Origin: Candidatus Omnitrophota bacterium
Lineage (GTDB): Bacteria > Omnitrophota > Gorgyraeia > Zapsychrales > Fredricksoniimonadaceae
DNA: 64,000 bases
Direction: 5' to 3'
NCBI GenBank assembly: GCA_903860135.1
Contig: CAIOPG010000011.1
Coordinates: 320-64,319 of the forward strand
The notes beneath the pieces are model-generated. The model was given only the letters and a program-made list of their open reading frames with translations, was not told where the DNA came from and made no database searches. How positions within the stretch are numbered: position 1 is the stretch's first letter; each line of letters starts with the position of its first letter. The translations under genes and the position numbers were made by a program. Below are positions 40,446 through 49,747 of this stretch, piece after piece.

Positions 40446-41634
40446 AATTCTTCCTATGTCTTATAAGTACTCTTTGATAAACTTTCTCCATTAATCCGTT
40501 TTGAATAATCACCCCACTCGCATTCAAATCATATGTTCCCTTTTTCCCAAATTTATCTAGATATGCCGTCTTGCATTCTACAGTTGAATATTTTTTACTT
40601 TTTAAATTATAAAGATCTTCATTCTCACACATACCCAGTATCTCAAATTGATCAGGATTATACTTGTCCAGAAAACTAATCGGCACTCCCATTACGCCGT
40701 CATAATCACTCGGGATAGAATCGGTAAACGATACTTCTATAGCATCATAATTATCGTATTTATCATACTTTCTTTTGCCGTTGATTTCTTTATGTTTACT
40801 GTGTTTTAGATTTTCCTTCATTGTCATTAGCGGTAGCGGTTTATGACGCCGCCCGTGGTCGAGATTAGTGAACCAACAAACACCCGGAACACGATTTACT
40901 TTTACGCCATTTCGTTCTCGTTCAAATTTATACGTATCATTATAAACAAAATCACTAGAAACTTGGAAATACATGCCTGTGTTAAAATTCGTTGCACCAA
41001 GCCACAATTTATTTTCCTTAATTTCTGGGAAAACATCTTTGTAAGTAATCGCATTCATATTGCCAATAATGACGAACTTCTTATTGTACTCAAAAAGTTG
41101 TTTAACATACTGCCGAAACAGGCTGAATGGTGGATTTGTTACGACAATATCTGATTGTTTAAGCAAATTTATACATTCATCACAGCGAAAGTCGCCATCA
41201 CCTTTTAGCGGCGTCCATTCGTTGTTTTTGTTTGCCTTTAACTGCCTGGCAACATCCTTCAAGTTAAACTCGCCATCACCATCGATGTCGTGCGCCTCGT
41301 TAATAATAAACTTGTTGGCGGTTACCTTGGGACGACCTTTTGATTTTGTGAAAGTTTCGTCACCAAACAATTCCAGCTGTGTATTAGCCACGGGCGAGGG
41401 TTTGTAGCTGGTGGTGATAAGCTGTTTTAGCCCAAGCTTATTAAAATTTAGCACGAAATAACGAAAAAAATTGCTTTCGAACGGATCATCACAATTGCAA
41501 TACACTACCTTGTCGCGAAATGTATCGGGGTCGTACTCCAAATACGCTTCCATCTCCTTCTGAATATCGCCGTACTGAGTATAAAACTCGTCATTCTTGG
41601 CCCTTTTCGCACTTGTAAGATTATCGTTTGCCAT
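40429..41634 (-). CDS. Adenine-specific DNA methyltransferase, EcoRI family
   Basis: [50 protein letters not shown] motifs. Coupled to the nuclease gene. Confidence 0.9.
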   Translation of the reverse strand: MANDNLTSAKRAKNDEFYTQYGDIQKEMEAYLEYDPDTFRDKVVYCNCDDPFESNFFRYFVLNFNKLGLKQLITTSYKPSPVANTQLELFGDETFTKSKGRPKVTANKFIINEAHDIDGDGEFNLKDVARQLKANKNNEWTPLKGDGDFRCDECINLLKQSDIVVTNPPFSLFRQYVKQLFEYNKKFVIIGNMNAITYKDVFPEIKENKLWLGATNFNTGMYFQVSSDFVYNDTYKFERERNGVKVNRVPGVCWFTNLDHGRRHKPLPLMTMKENLKHSKHKEINGKRKYDKYDNYDAIEVSFTDSIPSDYDGVMGVPISFLDKYNPDQFEILGMCENEDLYNLKSKKYSTVECKTAYLDKFGKKGTYDLNASGVIIQNGLMEKVYQRVLIRHRKNYGSNA

Positions 41635-41645
41635 ATTGTTTCCTG

Positions 41646-41705
41646 TTATTGAATCAGTTTCTCATATTCTCTGTGCGTCCCAATCCAAAACCAAACAGTA
41701 TCTCC
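41646..41705 (-). pseudogene. C-terminal remnant of ParE/RelE-like toxin
   Basis: Translates GDTVWFWIGTHREYEKLIQ*, matching the recalled 'WFWIG(S/T)H.EY.KL' C-terminus of a ParE-like toxin family. No start codon in frame. Confidence 0.5.
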
Positions 41706-41774
41706 TCATTAACTCGATGTTAAAATCTAGTATAACATTTCACGAATTAACTCCCCCCCCCCACACACATCCTC

Positions 41775-43136
41775 CTACGTCGGAAGAATATAACTAAATC
41801 CATCTTTCCCCAGCCGCGCGGTCAACTTGTCGATGATGGCCTGTGGATCATCCTCTGGCCCTGCCATAAATAACGGCTTGCCGTCGGGGCCGCCGAATTT
41901 AAACACGCGTTCCTTGCAGTCTTCGTCTTTCTCACCCAGCACATGCCGCGCCACCTCAAAATCAGGGTGCGGATCAAATCCCAGATTTTGCGCGTACGCC
42001 ACCGCCTGGTTCACCAGCCGCTGGGCACATCCGATGCAGAAATCATCCATAACCCCTGGATAATGCATCACCATGACGTCGATCTGTTTCCGGGTAAGTC
42101 CCGCTCCATAAGACGCTTGCTTGACGCCAAGACATTGCAAATCAATCAAATACACGCCAAAAATATAATGCGACGCACCCATCGCCCTTATCACCATAAC
42201 AGTCGCAAAAGCCCGCTCTTCCCAATCCTCATTAACAAGCACGTACCGCAACGGGTATTTTTCTGAAGCCTTGACTGCCTCCTTTATTTCCTGTTCTGTC
42301 AGATCCAGAGGAACCGGCGTCCGGACAGCGTCATCTTTGGCCATGCAACATTTCTTATATTTCTTGCCGCTACCACAATAGCAGGGCTCATTCCGGCCGA
42401 TCTTGGTTTTTGGTTCAGGCACTTCATCGTGATCGCCAGGACGCAGGCTTCTGCGCGGATATGTTCGCTTGGCTTTTACACCCAAAGCGATTTCCACATC
42501 CTCCAGATCACCCTGCACAGAGCAATCAACCTTGTCATACGCGAATGCTTCACGTATACAGTCGAGCGATTCCAGTGCGTTCAATCCTGTCAATCCATCG
42601 ATCAGGAATGCATTCAATGTCGAATCATTGATGAAAAAATACTTTAATTCATCTGTCAGGATCGTTACACAGCGATCTCTGACAGAACCACCTTCCTTAC
42701 CAATCAGACAAAGACTGCTCTCCGCCGCTACCCGCGCGAATAACCCGTTCCGGCGATCTTTCAAATACAAGGACAGACCCTCGATGGCACCAGCCCCGAT
42801 CATGGCCATAACCTCCGGCAATTCCTCGCCCACCCAATCGTCATCCTCCTCGTCGATCCGCCGCAATAAAGACAGCAATGCCCCGACAGCGTCAACGGCT
42901 TTCAGCTGTCCCAGCGCCCGCCACCCGTGCACCGATGCCCAGATAGTCAACGTATCACGCCCGCCTGAATGCAGGCGTTCATCCTCGATCATCCTGATCA
43001 GTTCAGGAACATGCTGTTCCCCCAGCCCCAGGCTTAAATAATCCGGCCATTCATCACCCAATTCACATTCCCCATAAACAAGTAATTGATCTACCGGACT
43101 GGCATACGCCGTATCAGCTGTCTCTTCACGCATCAA
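41775..43136 (-). CDS. DUF1186-like helical domain + SEC-C motif protein
   Basis: HEAT-like N-terminal region (HGWRALGQLKA), KIGRNEPCYCGSGKKYKKCC SEC-C motif, C-terminal FGGPDGKPLFMAGP domain. Confidence 0.82.
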   Translation of the reverse strand: MMREETADTAYASPVDQLLVYGECELGDEWPDYLSLGLGEQHVPELIRMIEDERLHSGGRDTLTIWASVHGWRALGQLKAVDAVGALLSLLRRIDEEDDDWVGEELPEVMAMIGAGAIEGLSLYLKDRRNGLFARVAAESSLCLIGKEGGSVRDRCVTILTDELKYFFINDSTLNAFLIDGLTGLNALESLDCIREAFAYDKVDCSVQGDLEDVEIALGVKAKRTYPRRSLRPGDHDEVPEPKTKIGRNEPCYCGSGKKYKKCCMAKDDAVRTPVPLDLTEQEIKEAVKASEKYPLRYVLVNEDWEERAFATVMVIRAMGASHYIFGVYLIDLQCLGVKQASYGAGLTRKQIDVMVMHYPGVMDDFCIGCAQRLVNQAVAYAQNLGFDPHPDFEVARHVLGEKDEDCKERVFKFGGPDGKPLFMAGPEDDPQAIIDKLTARLGKDGFSYILPT

Positions 43137-43257
43137 AGCCCCCCTGGTTTTAAAATTTGCGGAGATTCAATCGCATTCTGCATCTCATTTGGCAAACACG
43201 TGTTTACATGTGTCGACATCCCGACCTTTTAGACTTTTTTATCAAACAGCCATCAAT

Positions 43258-43603
43258 TTATACGTATCGCCGAAATTGACATTCCACCATGTGAATGCAG
43301 GCGGCATCCGTGATATACGCCGACGTATAAATGACCGGATGATGCGGATCCAGCTGATGCACTTCCTGGATCAGTTTCTCTAAAAACCAACAAAAGCCTA
43401 CCCGCTCCTTTTCATTCTTTCCCCGCCCACGCGCCTTTAATGTAGTACGGCTTGCCATTGACCATCAACACCCATTGCCCCTTGTCACCGGCGACTTTAA
43501 CAATATTGCCGGCGTGTTTTTCCTGGGCAAAGATGGGATTTGAAATAATGGTAGATACTGCGAGATTGATGATGATTGCCAGTATCAGGAGGGATTTTGA
43601 CAT
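43258..43603 (-). pseudogene. Internally deleted/frameshifted secreted GH2-TIM-barrel-like glycoside hydrolase
   Basis: Signal peptide plus 'GQWVLMVNGKPYYIKG' in one frame, joined to 'FLEKLIQEVHQLDPHHPVIY' in another. The intervening barrel segment is missing. Confidence 0.55.
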
Positions 43604-43656
43604 AATGGCCTCTTTCTTAATATAGCCTTGTTTTCTCAAAATCATCTACATCCCAT

Positions 43657-43765
43657 TCAACGATACACATGCTCCGCAATGACCTCGCCGTTCTCATCAT
43701 AAAAATTTCCGTCAGCTGCCATCATAATGAAGCTCTGATACTTTTGCGCCACTTTTGAAAAAACC
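43657..43765 (-). pseudogene. Possible MORN-variant repeat protein remnant
   Basis: GFFKSGAKVSELHYDG and FYDENGEVIAEHVY in two frames resemble MORN_2 repeats. Confidence 0.35.
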
Positions 43766-43776
43766 AGCGCCGCCCC

Positions 43777-44652
43777 TCAACCCAATTCAAGTCGATCAAA
43801 GCGTTCAATCAGGATTTTATCAAAGTTTTTAGCGAGATCATGAGGAAGCCGGGATGCCTTGATCTTTTTGCGGAAATTTTCTTTCTGCCCGATAAAACGC
43901 GCCAAGCGTACTTTCTCAGGAACGCCTAGATTGTCAGCCAAAAGGTCGATCTCTTTTCTTCGGATATTGCTCTTGCGACCCTGGATGGTCAATGCTGACT
44001 CATCAGCCTCGTTCGGTAAAACAATCCTGGAACACACCAGATCATACGCAGGAGCAAGTCGGACATGACCTTCCTCGTCGTAAATGACCGAGTAATTCTT
44101 CATGTGCGCATCGCCGTTGGCAACAAGAAAGTTATAAACAATACGCTCAAAAAAAAGCTGTGTATCCAGCCCCGGGACTTCGGAAACAGCTTTCAATTTC
44201 CGCCCGATCTCCTCGACCGAACCGTCATATTTATTTTCTTTCCCAAGGATCTGCGCAAAATCTTCCTGATGGATCTTACGGCGTCCTTCCCGGTCAAAAC
44301 GCTTAACCACATACGCCAGACTCTTATCCTTCAAAGGCACCAGGCAATGCACAGGCACATCAATCCCAATATCTCCGGCAATATTCATGCAGAGTTCTTC
44401 ATTCTCCGGCAAATTCGCGAATGCTTGCACTTGCGGCTTCAAAATATACTGACCTCCCTCGCCAGCAACTTCAAGGCGAGGCTCACTATCTTTATCCGCA
44501 AGCCGGACTGAAAGCTTGGGCTGAACGCCGGAAATAGACATCTTCCCGACCATCTCCTGGGCTTTCAGAGAAACCCCGGCTAGCGTCAGATCAATGAACG
44601 GCTCACGATCGACACCAAAAACTTCTCGCCATATTGATCGCTCATGCTTCAT
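43777..44652 (-). CDS. HipA-family kinase (HipT-like, lacking N-subdomain)
   Basis: SISGVQPK, YILKP, ENE..CM, VKRFDR, HQEDF, NGDAHMKNYS, LAPAYD motifs. Confidence 0.9.
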   Translation of the reverse strand: MKHERSIWREVFGVDREPFIDLTLAGVSLKAQEMVGKMSISGVQPKLSVRLADKDSEPRLEVAGEGGQYILKPQVQAFANLPENEELCMNIAGDIGIDVPVHCLVPLKDKSLAYVVKRFDREGRRKIHQEDFAQILGKENKYDGSVEEIGRKLKAVSEVPGLDTQLFFERIVYNFLVANGDAHMKNYSVIYDEEGHVRLAPAYDLVCSRIVLPNEADESALTIQGRKSNIRRKEIDLLADNLGVPEKVRLARFIGQKENFRKKIKASRLPHDLAKNFDKILIERFDRLELG

Positions 44653-44981
44653 ACAGCCCCGCTTTCTTTCACGGTAACAGCACCGATCGTATTCTTCCCT
44701 GTCACCAATAATATTCCGAATTCATCAGCCGGATCGATCTTCCTTGTCGCACAGACGATATCCCGATACCAACCCTCAGCGTTCATTCCCGCAAAGAAAG
44801 AAAATAATACCGCCGACTCAAAAGGCTCTGCCTGCAACGGCAAAGACAAAGAGACCGGTTTACCCGTCTTTAAATAATCAGCCCCATATACAAACCTGTA
44901 CCCGTCACCTGTTTCTTCCAGGATACCGGCCAGCTGATCATGAAGGAACACATCTGCTTTACGCTTCCTAACCCTTATCAT
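44649..44981 (-). CDS. HipA N-terminal subdomain protein (Couple_hipA, HipS-like)
   Basis: AGILEE....F.Y...Y, VSLSLP, FFAG..AEGW, TIGAVTV motifs. ATG 44981 overlaps the HTH gene. Confidence 0.87.
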   Translation of the reverse strand: MIRVRKRKADVFLHDQLAGILEETGDGYRFVYGADYLKTGKPVSLSLPLQAEPFESAVLFSFFAGMNAEGWYRDIVCATRKIDPADEFGILLVTGKNTIGAVTVKESGAV

Positions 44982-45171
44982 TGCGCATAACCTCAAGATG
45001 ATGCCCCAAAAAATCCAGAACCTGATTGACCTTATCCAGGCGCACCGTAGCCTTGCCCTGCTCAAGCTCTCTCAGAAAACGAAGACCAACACCAGCACGC
45101 CGTGCAAACTCAACCTGGTCAAGGCCAGCCTTCTTCCGAAGTCCCTGTATTATTTTTCCGATGTCTTTCAT
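44968..45171 (-). CDS. HipB/y4mF-like XRE HTH regulator
   Basis: RKKAGLDQVEFARRAGVGLRFLRELEQGK.TVRLDKVNQVL. Start at ATG 45171. Confidence 0.88.
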   Translation of the reverse strand: MKDIGKIIQGLRKKAGLDQVEFARRAGVGLRFLRELEQGKATVRLDKVNQVLDFLGHHLEVMRNDKG

Positions 45172-45181
45172 GATTAAAATA

Positions 45182-45271
45182 TACACCCTGAAGGGTATAA
45201 AAGCAAGGCGCGTTGTTCGAGATATGGAGAATTTGGAAGATAAAAATGATTTATATACCCTTTCGGGTGTA
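45182..45271. promoter_or_regulatory. Two 18-bp palindromic operators upstream of HipB-like gene
   Basis: TACACCC-TGAA-GGGTATA (45182-99) and TATACCC-TTTC-GGGTGTA (45254-71). Confidence 0.75.
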
Positions 45272-45307
45272 TTCAACTATTGTTTAAAGACAATATTTTC
45301 TGCCCTC

Positions 45308-45540
45308 TCACGTCGGGCGGAATATCTTTAATTTAATATCAGGGATCATTCGGAAATGTTTTTCATTGCCGGAAACAAGCAGAAGGTCATTCTCTGCCGC
45401 CGTTGCGGCGATGATGGCGTCCCCCGCCGTTAACCCATGCGACAACGCATATTGCTCCATATAAATCATGGCTCTGTGACCAATATTTTCAGTAATAGAA
45501 AGAACTGAAAAATGATACACGCTCAAGAACGACTTGCAAG
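45308..45540 (-). pseudogene. 5'-truncated PIN-domain (VapC) toxin
   Basis: C-terminal PIN motifs GDAIIAATA...LVSGNEKHF..IP are present. The N-terminal DT motif and an antitoxin gene are absent. Confidence 0.7.
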
Positions 45541-45652
45541 AAGCCAATTGTTGTATGAACGTGTGGAGCGAGGTGGCGGCTATGTGACTATACATATTTA
45601 TATATGCGTATACGGTATAAATACATCACAACACATATTTATTCATGTGTTG

Positions 45653-45680
45653 TTGACATTAACTATATTCATGGTATCCT
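45653..45680 (+). promoter_or_regulatory. Sigma70 promoter for XRE-hipA operon
   Basis: TTGACA (45653-58), 16 nt spacer, TGG-TATCCT extended -10 (45672-80). Confidence 0.55.
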
Positions 45681-45849
45681 TTTGATAGAAAGAAGCCGAA
45701 CATGTTTAGCCTATGTCTTTTTTCGCCGGCCTTACCGCGCCACTCTTTCGGCTTCTCTCGGGGGATAAACCCCCTCGTTCCAGGCGAAAAAGCACTCGGT
45801 GCTCGGCGCGGCGAACGCGCAAACCGCTAAATATGCACAAGGAGCCAGT

Positions 45850-46170
45850 ATGGATTTTTTATTTGCAGGCGACAGGGATATCCTTAAAGAATTAGGATCC
45901 CGTGTCCGTCGTGCACGACTTGAAATGAACATATCCCAGTTAAAGTTTGCTTTGCAAGCCGGCGTTGCCATTGGCGTTGTTCAGAACTTTGAAGCCGGGA
46001 AGGCCTGCTCCCTCAAAAGTTTTATCCGAATGCTCAGGGTCACGCACAACCTGGCCAATCTTGCCTTACTGGTCCCTGAACCACTTCCAAGCCCTATTGA
46101 AGTAGCAAAAATGTCCGGAAAACAGCGACGTCGCGCCGGAGCTGCCAAAATAAATAAGGATAATCTATGA
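45850..46170 (+). CDS. XRE HTH antitoxin (HipB-like)
   Basis: ELGSRVRRARLEMNISQ..FA.QAGV...V.NFEAG HTH pattern. AAGGAG RBS before ATG 45850. Confidence 0.85.
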   Translation: MDFLFAGDRDILKELGSRVRRARLEMNISQLKFALQAGVAIGVVQNFEAGKACSLKSFIRMLRVTHNLANLALLVPEPLPSPIEVAKMSGKQRRRAGAAKINKDNL

Positions 46171-47498
46171 GCCCGGCAAATAAAGCCATTGATCAGGCCA
46201 ATGTATTTCTTTGGGGGGCACCAGTCGGGACGGTCATATGGGACAAAAACAGGGACCTTGGCATTTTTCAGTATGACAAGTCATTCGTAAGCAAAGGACT
46301 GCAGATCTCCCCGCTCTTGATGCCGCTTAGTGTTGATACGAAGTATTCGTTCCCGGCATTGGACAGGGTAACCTATTATGGCCTTCCGCCACTCCTGGCC
46401 GATGCGCTACCTGACAGATTTGGCAACGCTCTTATTGATATTTGGCTTCGGGATCAAGGAAGAGAGTTAAATTCTTTTTCTCCCGTTGAGCGACTTTGTT
46501 ATATGGGACAGCGCGCTATGGGCGCACTTGAATTCCGCCCGGCTACGGCACGGGTCTTGGATGAATCTATTAAGATCTCCATTGATGAAATGAGCGCACT
46601 TGCTCAAAAAATTCTTACTAAAAAGGCGCAACTGTCGGTGAATAGAAACAAGGACAGCGCCATGGCCATCCGATCCATTATTGAAATCGGCACCTCGGCC
46701 GGCGGCAACAGGGCAAAAGCTGTCATCGCCTGGAATAAAGAGACTGGGGAAATCCGTTCTGGTCAAGCAGATGCCTCAACAGATTTTGAACATTGGATCA
46801 TTAAATTCGATAATGCCAGTGAAAAGATATTGGGTGATCCGCATGATTATGGGCGCGTGGAACACGCTTACTACAATATGGCCATTGCGGCCGGGATTAA
46901 TATGAGCCCCTGTCATTTGTGGGAAGAAAACGACCAAGCGCATTTTATGACGCGCAGATTCGACAGGGGGAAAAGTGGCCAGCGACTCCACATGCAGTCC
47001 CTCTGTGCCTTGGCAGGGTATGACTTCAATCAGATCGGCAAATATCATTACGAAGAAGTTTTTGGAATCATTCAGAAGTTGCGACTTTGGCATCAAGCAA
47101 TCCAGGAGCAATACCGTCGCATGGTGTTTAATGTGATGGCACGGTGCCAAGATGATCATACAAAGAATATATCATTCCTGATGACCCCGGAAGGGAAGTG
47201 GGATCTATCCCCTGCTTATGATAACGCCTGGTCGTATAGTCCCAGGGGGCTTTGGACTGGTCAGCATCAAATGCGGGTCAATGGCAAGCGAGATGAGTTT
47301 ACCGTGCAGGATTTGATAGAAGCTGGGAAATCTTATGAGATTAGTAAAGCGAAGAATATGTGTGAACAAGTTGGCGATGCCGTAGCCCGTTGGTCAACAT
47401 TTTCCAGGCAATCAGGTGTTTCCAAGGAAATGACTCACCGCATTGCAAAAACACACAGGAAAGAACTGTTTATAAAAAGAAAATCTGGTTTAAAATAA
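46167..47498 (+). CDS. hipA: HipA family Ser/Thr kinase toxin
   Basis: LPDRFGN, GTSAGGNRAKA, WIIKFD, EHAYY.MA, TRRFDR, DDHTKNISF, LSPAYD motifs. Confidence 0.9.
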   Translation: MSPANKAIDQANVFLWGAPVGTVIWDKNRDLGIFQYDKSFVSKGLQISPLLMPLSVDTKYSFPALDRVTYYGLPPLLADALPDRFGNALIDIWLRDQGRELNSFSPVERLCYMGQRAMGALEFRPATARVLDESIKISIDEMSALAQKILTKKAQLSVNRNKDSAMAIRSIIEIGTSAGGNRAKAVIAWNKETGEIRSGQADASTDFEHWIIKFDNASEKILGDPHDYGRVEHAYYNMAIAAGINMSPCHLWEENDQAHFMTRRFDRGKSGQRLHMQSLCALAGYDFNQIGKYHYEEVFGIIQKLRLWHQAIQEQYRRMVFNVMARCQDDHTKNISFLMTPEGKWDLSPAYDNAWSYSPRGLWTGQHQMRVNGKRDEFTVQDLIEAGKSYEISKAKNMCEQVGDAVARWSTFSRQSGVSKEMTHRIAKTHRKELFIKRKSGLK

Positions 47499-47679
47499 CA
47501 TAAAACAATGGGCTTTTTCCAAGAATCAATACTGCGTTCAATATATACAGGGCCATTATTTGCCACATCAATCTCTAAATTCAAGAATAAACGCCGACTC
47601 TTATGGCAATTATTTGAACTTCAATGAGAACTTATCAATGGGGGAATGTTAAATTTCTCTGACCAGACATCACTCACAA

Positions 47680-48183
47680 CTATTTGCGCGCAACAGCAGG
47701 AAGGCCCAATAAACTACGCAGATCCGAGACAGGACTGATATCAACAACCTCCGGCACAAAGCCTGGCGCGCGCATCAAACCGTCAAATGTCGTGTACTCA
47801 GGAAGTTTAAAATCAACACCTGCACCCGAAAGCGTCACATTCATATTTTTGCCTTTAAAATCGATACCACCTTCGTGGCGGGCAATTCCGGCATCATCAT
47901 GCGGAACGATCTCCCGCAATTTCTGCATCACCTCCCGCCTTACCAACTCTCGTTGCTCTAACGGAAGCAAGGCATACTCCCTCACGCTACCTGAAAAACT
48001 ATCTTGGGATATTCCCCATTCACGATCTGGATTAAACTTGCCATCATCAGATCTTCCAATTTCTTCTTTGGTTAACACATTCAACATACCAATAAAGAAA
48101 TCAAGTTGATCAAAATGCGGATTCCTTAAGACACTCTCTCGCAAAAAAATTGGGGCACATTGGTTCTTAATTGCTGGGGGCAC
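47680..48183 (-). pseudogene. Probable C-terminal fragment of a larger protein (GGIDF...LLGL tail)
   Basis: No RBS or credible N-terminus. Ends with GGIDFKG...GFVPEVVDISPVSDLRSLLGL. The 5' end abuts the direct-repeat copy 2. Confidence 0.45.
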
Positions 48184-48193
48184 ACAAGACTGG

Positions 48194-48221
48194 AAGAACC
48201 GCGTGCGTTACGGCATCAAGG
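48194..48221 (+). repeat. 28-bp direct repeat copy 2 (hel308 fragment KNRVRYGIK; candidate attR)
   Basis: aagaaccgcgtgcgttacggcatcaagg. A ctggaag heptamer also lies at or just before the 5' end of both copies. Confidence 0.75.
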
Positions 48222-48269
48222 TCGCATGTTGCGACCTCGTAGCCAAATAGTGTGTCCCGATTTTCCCTT

Positions 48270-48447
48270 CACGCCCACAGCTCATCGAGTGCCAATACGC
48301 CAATTCTCCTTGCCCTTTATATGCAGAATACATCTTCAATTCCTGAAATATAAACGCCTCAAAACATTCTCCGTATTCCTTGGAACCAACGGCAATTTCC
48401 TTGCGGTTTTGCAGGAAGCGTGCGAGGCCGATATCAAAGAAATTTTA
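48270..48447 (-). pseudogene. Fragment of AAA_14/DUF4143 ATPase C-terminal domain
   Basis: Translates FFDIGLARFLQ...GSKEYGECFEAFIFQELK...LAYWH, typical of DUF4143. No start codon. Confidence 0.55.
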
Positions 48448-48478
48448 CAATTTACAAGTTAAAGCCCGTATCGGGGTC

Positions 48479-49537
48479 TCAAATTCTTGTTTGAGCCATA
48501 AAATCTCTGAAATCTTTGGCATTGGCAATAGCCACATCATAAGTAATAATTCCCTGGCGATACAATGTTGCCAACGACCTATCCAAGCCAACCATGCCCT
48601 CCGCGCCGCCCGTCAATATAACTCCGTTCAATTGATTGGTATCCCCGTTGCGTATGACATGACGGACGGCCGAATTTGTGATCAGTATTTCCAAAGCCAG
48701 TGCTCTGCCTGTTTTATCTATACGCGGCAATAGCCGTTGCGAAATAATTCCTTGCAACACCCCCGCCAACTGCATCCTCACCCACTCTTGCTGACCTTGA
48801 GGGAACACATCAACAATTCTATCCAGTGCCACGATGGTATCGGAGGAATGGAGTGTGGCTAATACCAAATGTCCGGTTTCTGCTGCTGTCAATGCAATGC
48901 TGATCGTTTCTAAATCCCGCATTTCACCGATACATATACAATTAGGGTCTTGCCGTAAGGCTTGCCGCAATCCTTCATTAAAAGACCTTGTATCTTTTCC
49001 CACTTCCCTTTGTATGATAACCGAATTAATGGACGAATGAACGTACTCAACCGGATCTTCGATCGTTATGACGCGCGATCGGCGATCATCACGATTAATA
49101 CAGTCGATCATCGCCGTCATTGTTGTTGTCTTCCCCATGCCCGCCGCCCCTGTGATCAAGATCAAGCCATTGGGTCTTCGTGTAAGTTTCTTGACAATAA
49201 GAGGCAACCCCAACTGTTCCAAAGAAGGAATGCGTATAGGAATAATGCGAATGGCGGCTTCCACATTCCCCATTCGATAATAAACATTCATGCGAAAATA
49301 CGCCACTTTCTTCAGGTTGAAGGAAACATTCAACTCTTTATTTTGTTCAAAGTGCATAATTTGCTCTTCAACAAGACACTCGTAAATGAGTTGTTGTGTC
49401 ATATCCGAAGAAAACTTATCGTACGCCATGGTTTCTAATAAACCATTGACCCTCATGGTTGGCGGCATCCCCACCATCAGATGGACATCCGAAGCATGGT
49501 GAGATATGGCATCACATAATATTCTTTCTAATTTCAT
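48479..49537 (-). CDS. pilT: PilT/PilU family type IV pilus ATPase
   Basis: ASDVHL, Walker A GAAGMGKTTT, TIEDPVE, QREVG, LRQDP, GEMRD, AETGHLVLATLH motifs. Confidence 0.88.
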   Translation of the reverse strand: MKLERILCDAISHHASDVHLMVGMPPTMRVNGLLETMAYDKFSSDMTQQLIYECLVEEQIMHFEQNKELNVSFNLKKVAYFRMNVYYRMGNVEAAIRIIPIRIPSLEQLGLPLIVKKLTRRPNGLILITGAAGMGKTTTMTAMIDCINRDDRRSRVITIEDPVEYVHSSINSVIIQREVGKDTRSFNEGLRQALRQDPNCICIGEMRDLETISIALTAAETGHLVLATLHSSDTIVALDRIVDVFPQGQQEWVRMQLAGVLQGIISQRLLPRIDKTGRALALEILITNSAVRHVIRNGDTNQLNGVILTGGAEGMVGLDRSLATLYRQGIITYDVAIANAKDFRDFMAQTRI

Positions 49538-49747
49538 GGAAAGACCGCCTTTCTGTATCTCTTGACCCTAGTCCGTGCATTAAACATCTTTTTCCAACAC
49601 CTTGATCAACGTCCTGCCAGAAAAACCATCACATCGTTCATGAGCTTAACACTAATAATAACAGACATGAGCCAATTTGCACACTGCAATCGCTCAACAT
49701 GCCATTCAATACCTCAGCAGAAACTGGAGTGTTAAAGAAATAAGATG

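Noticed and set aside
38332-48478. Prophage or autonomous integrative element
   Set aside because: No integrase, transposase, replication, conjugation or virion genes were identified. Only cargo and a boundary repeat remain.
49680-49705. Sigma54 promoter upstream of pilT
   Set aside because: The TGGC and TTGC elements do not have the required GG-N10-GC spacing.
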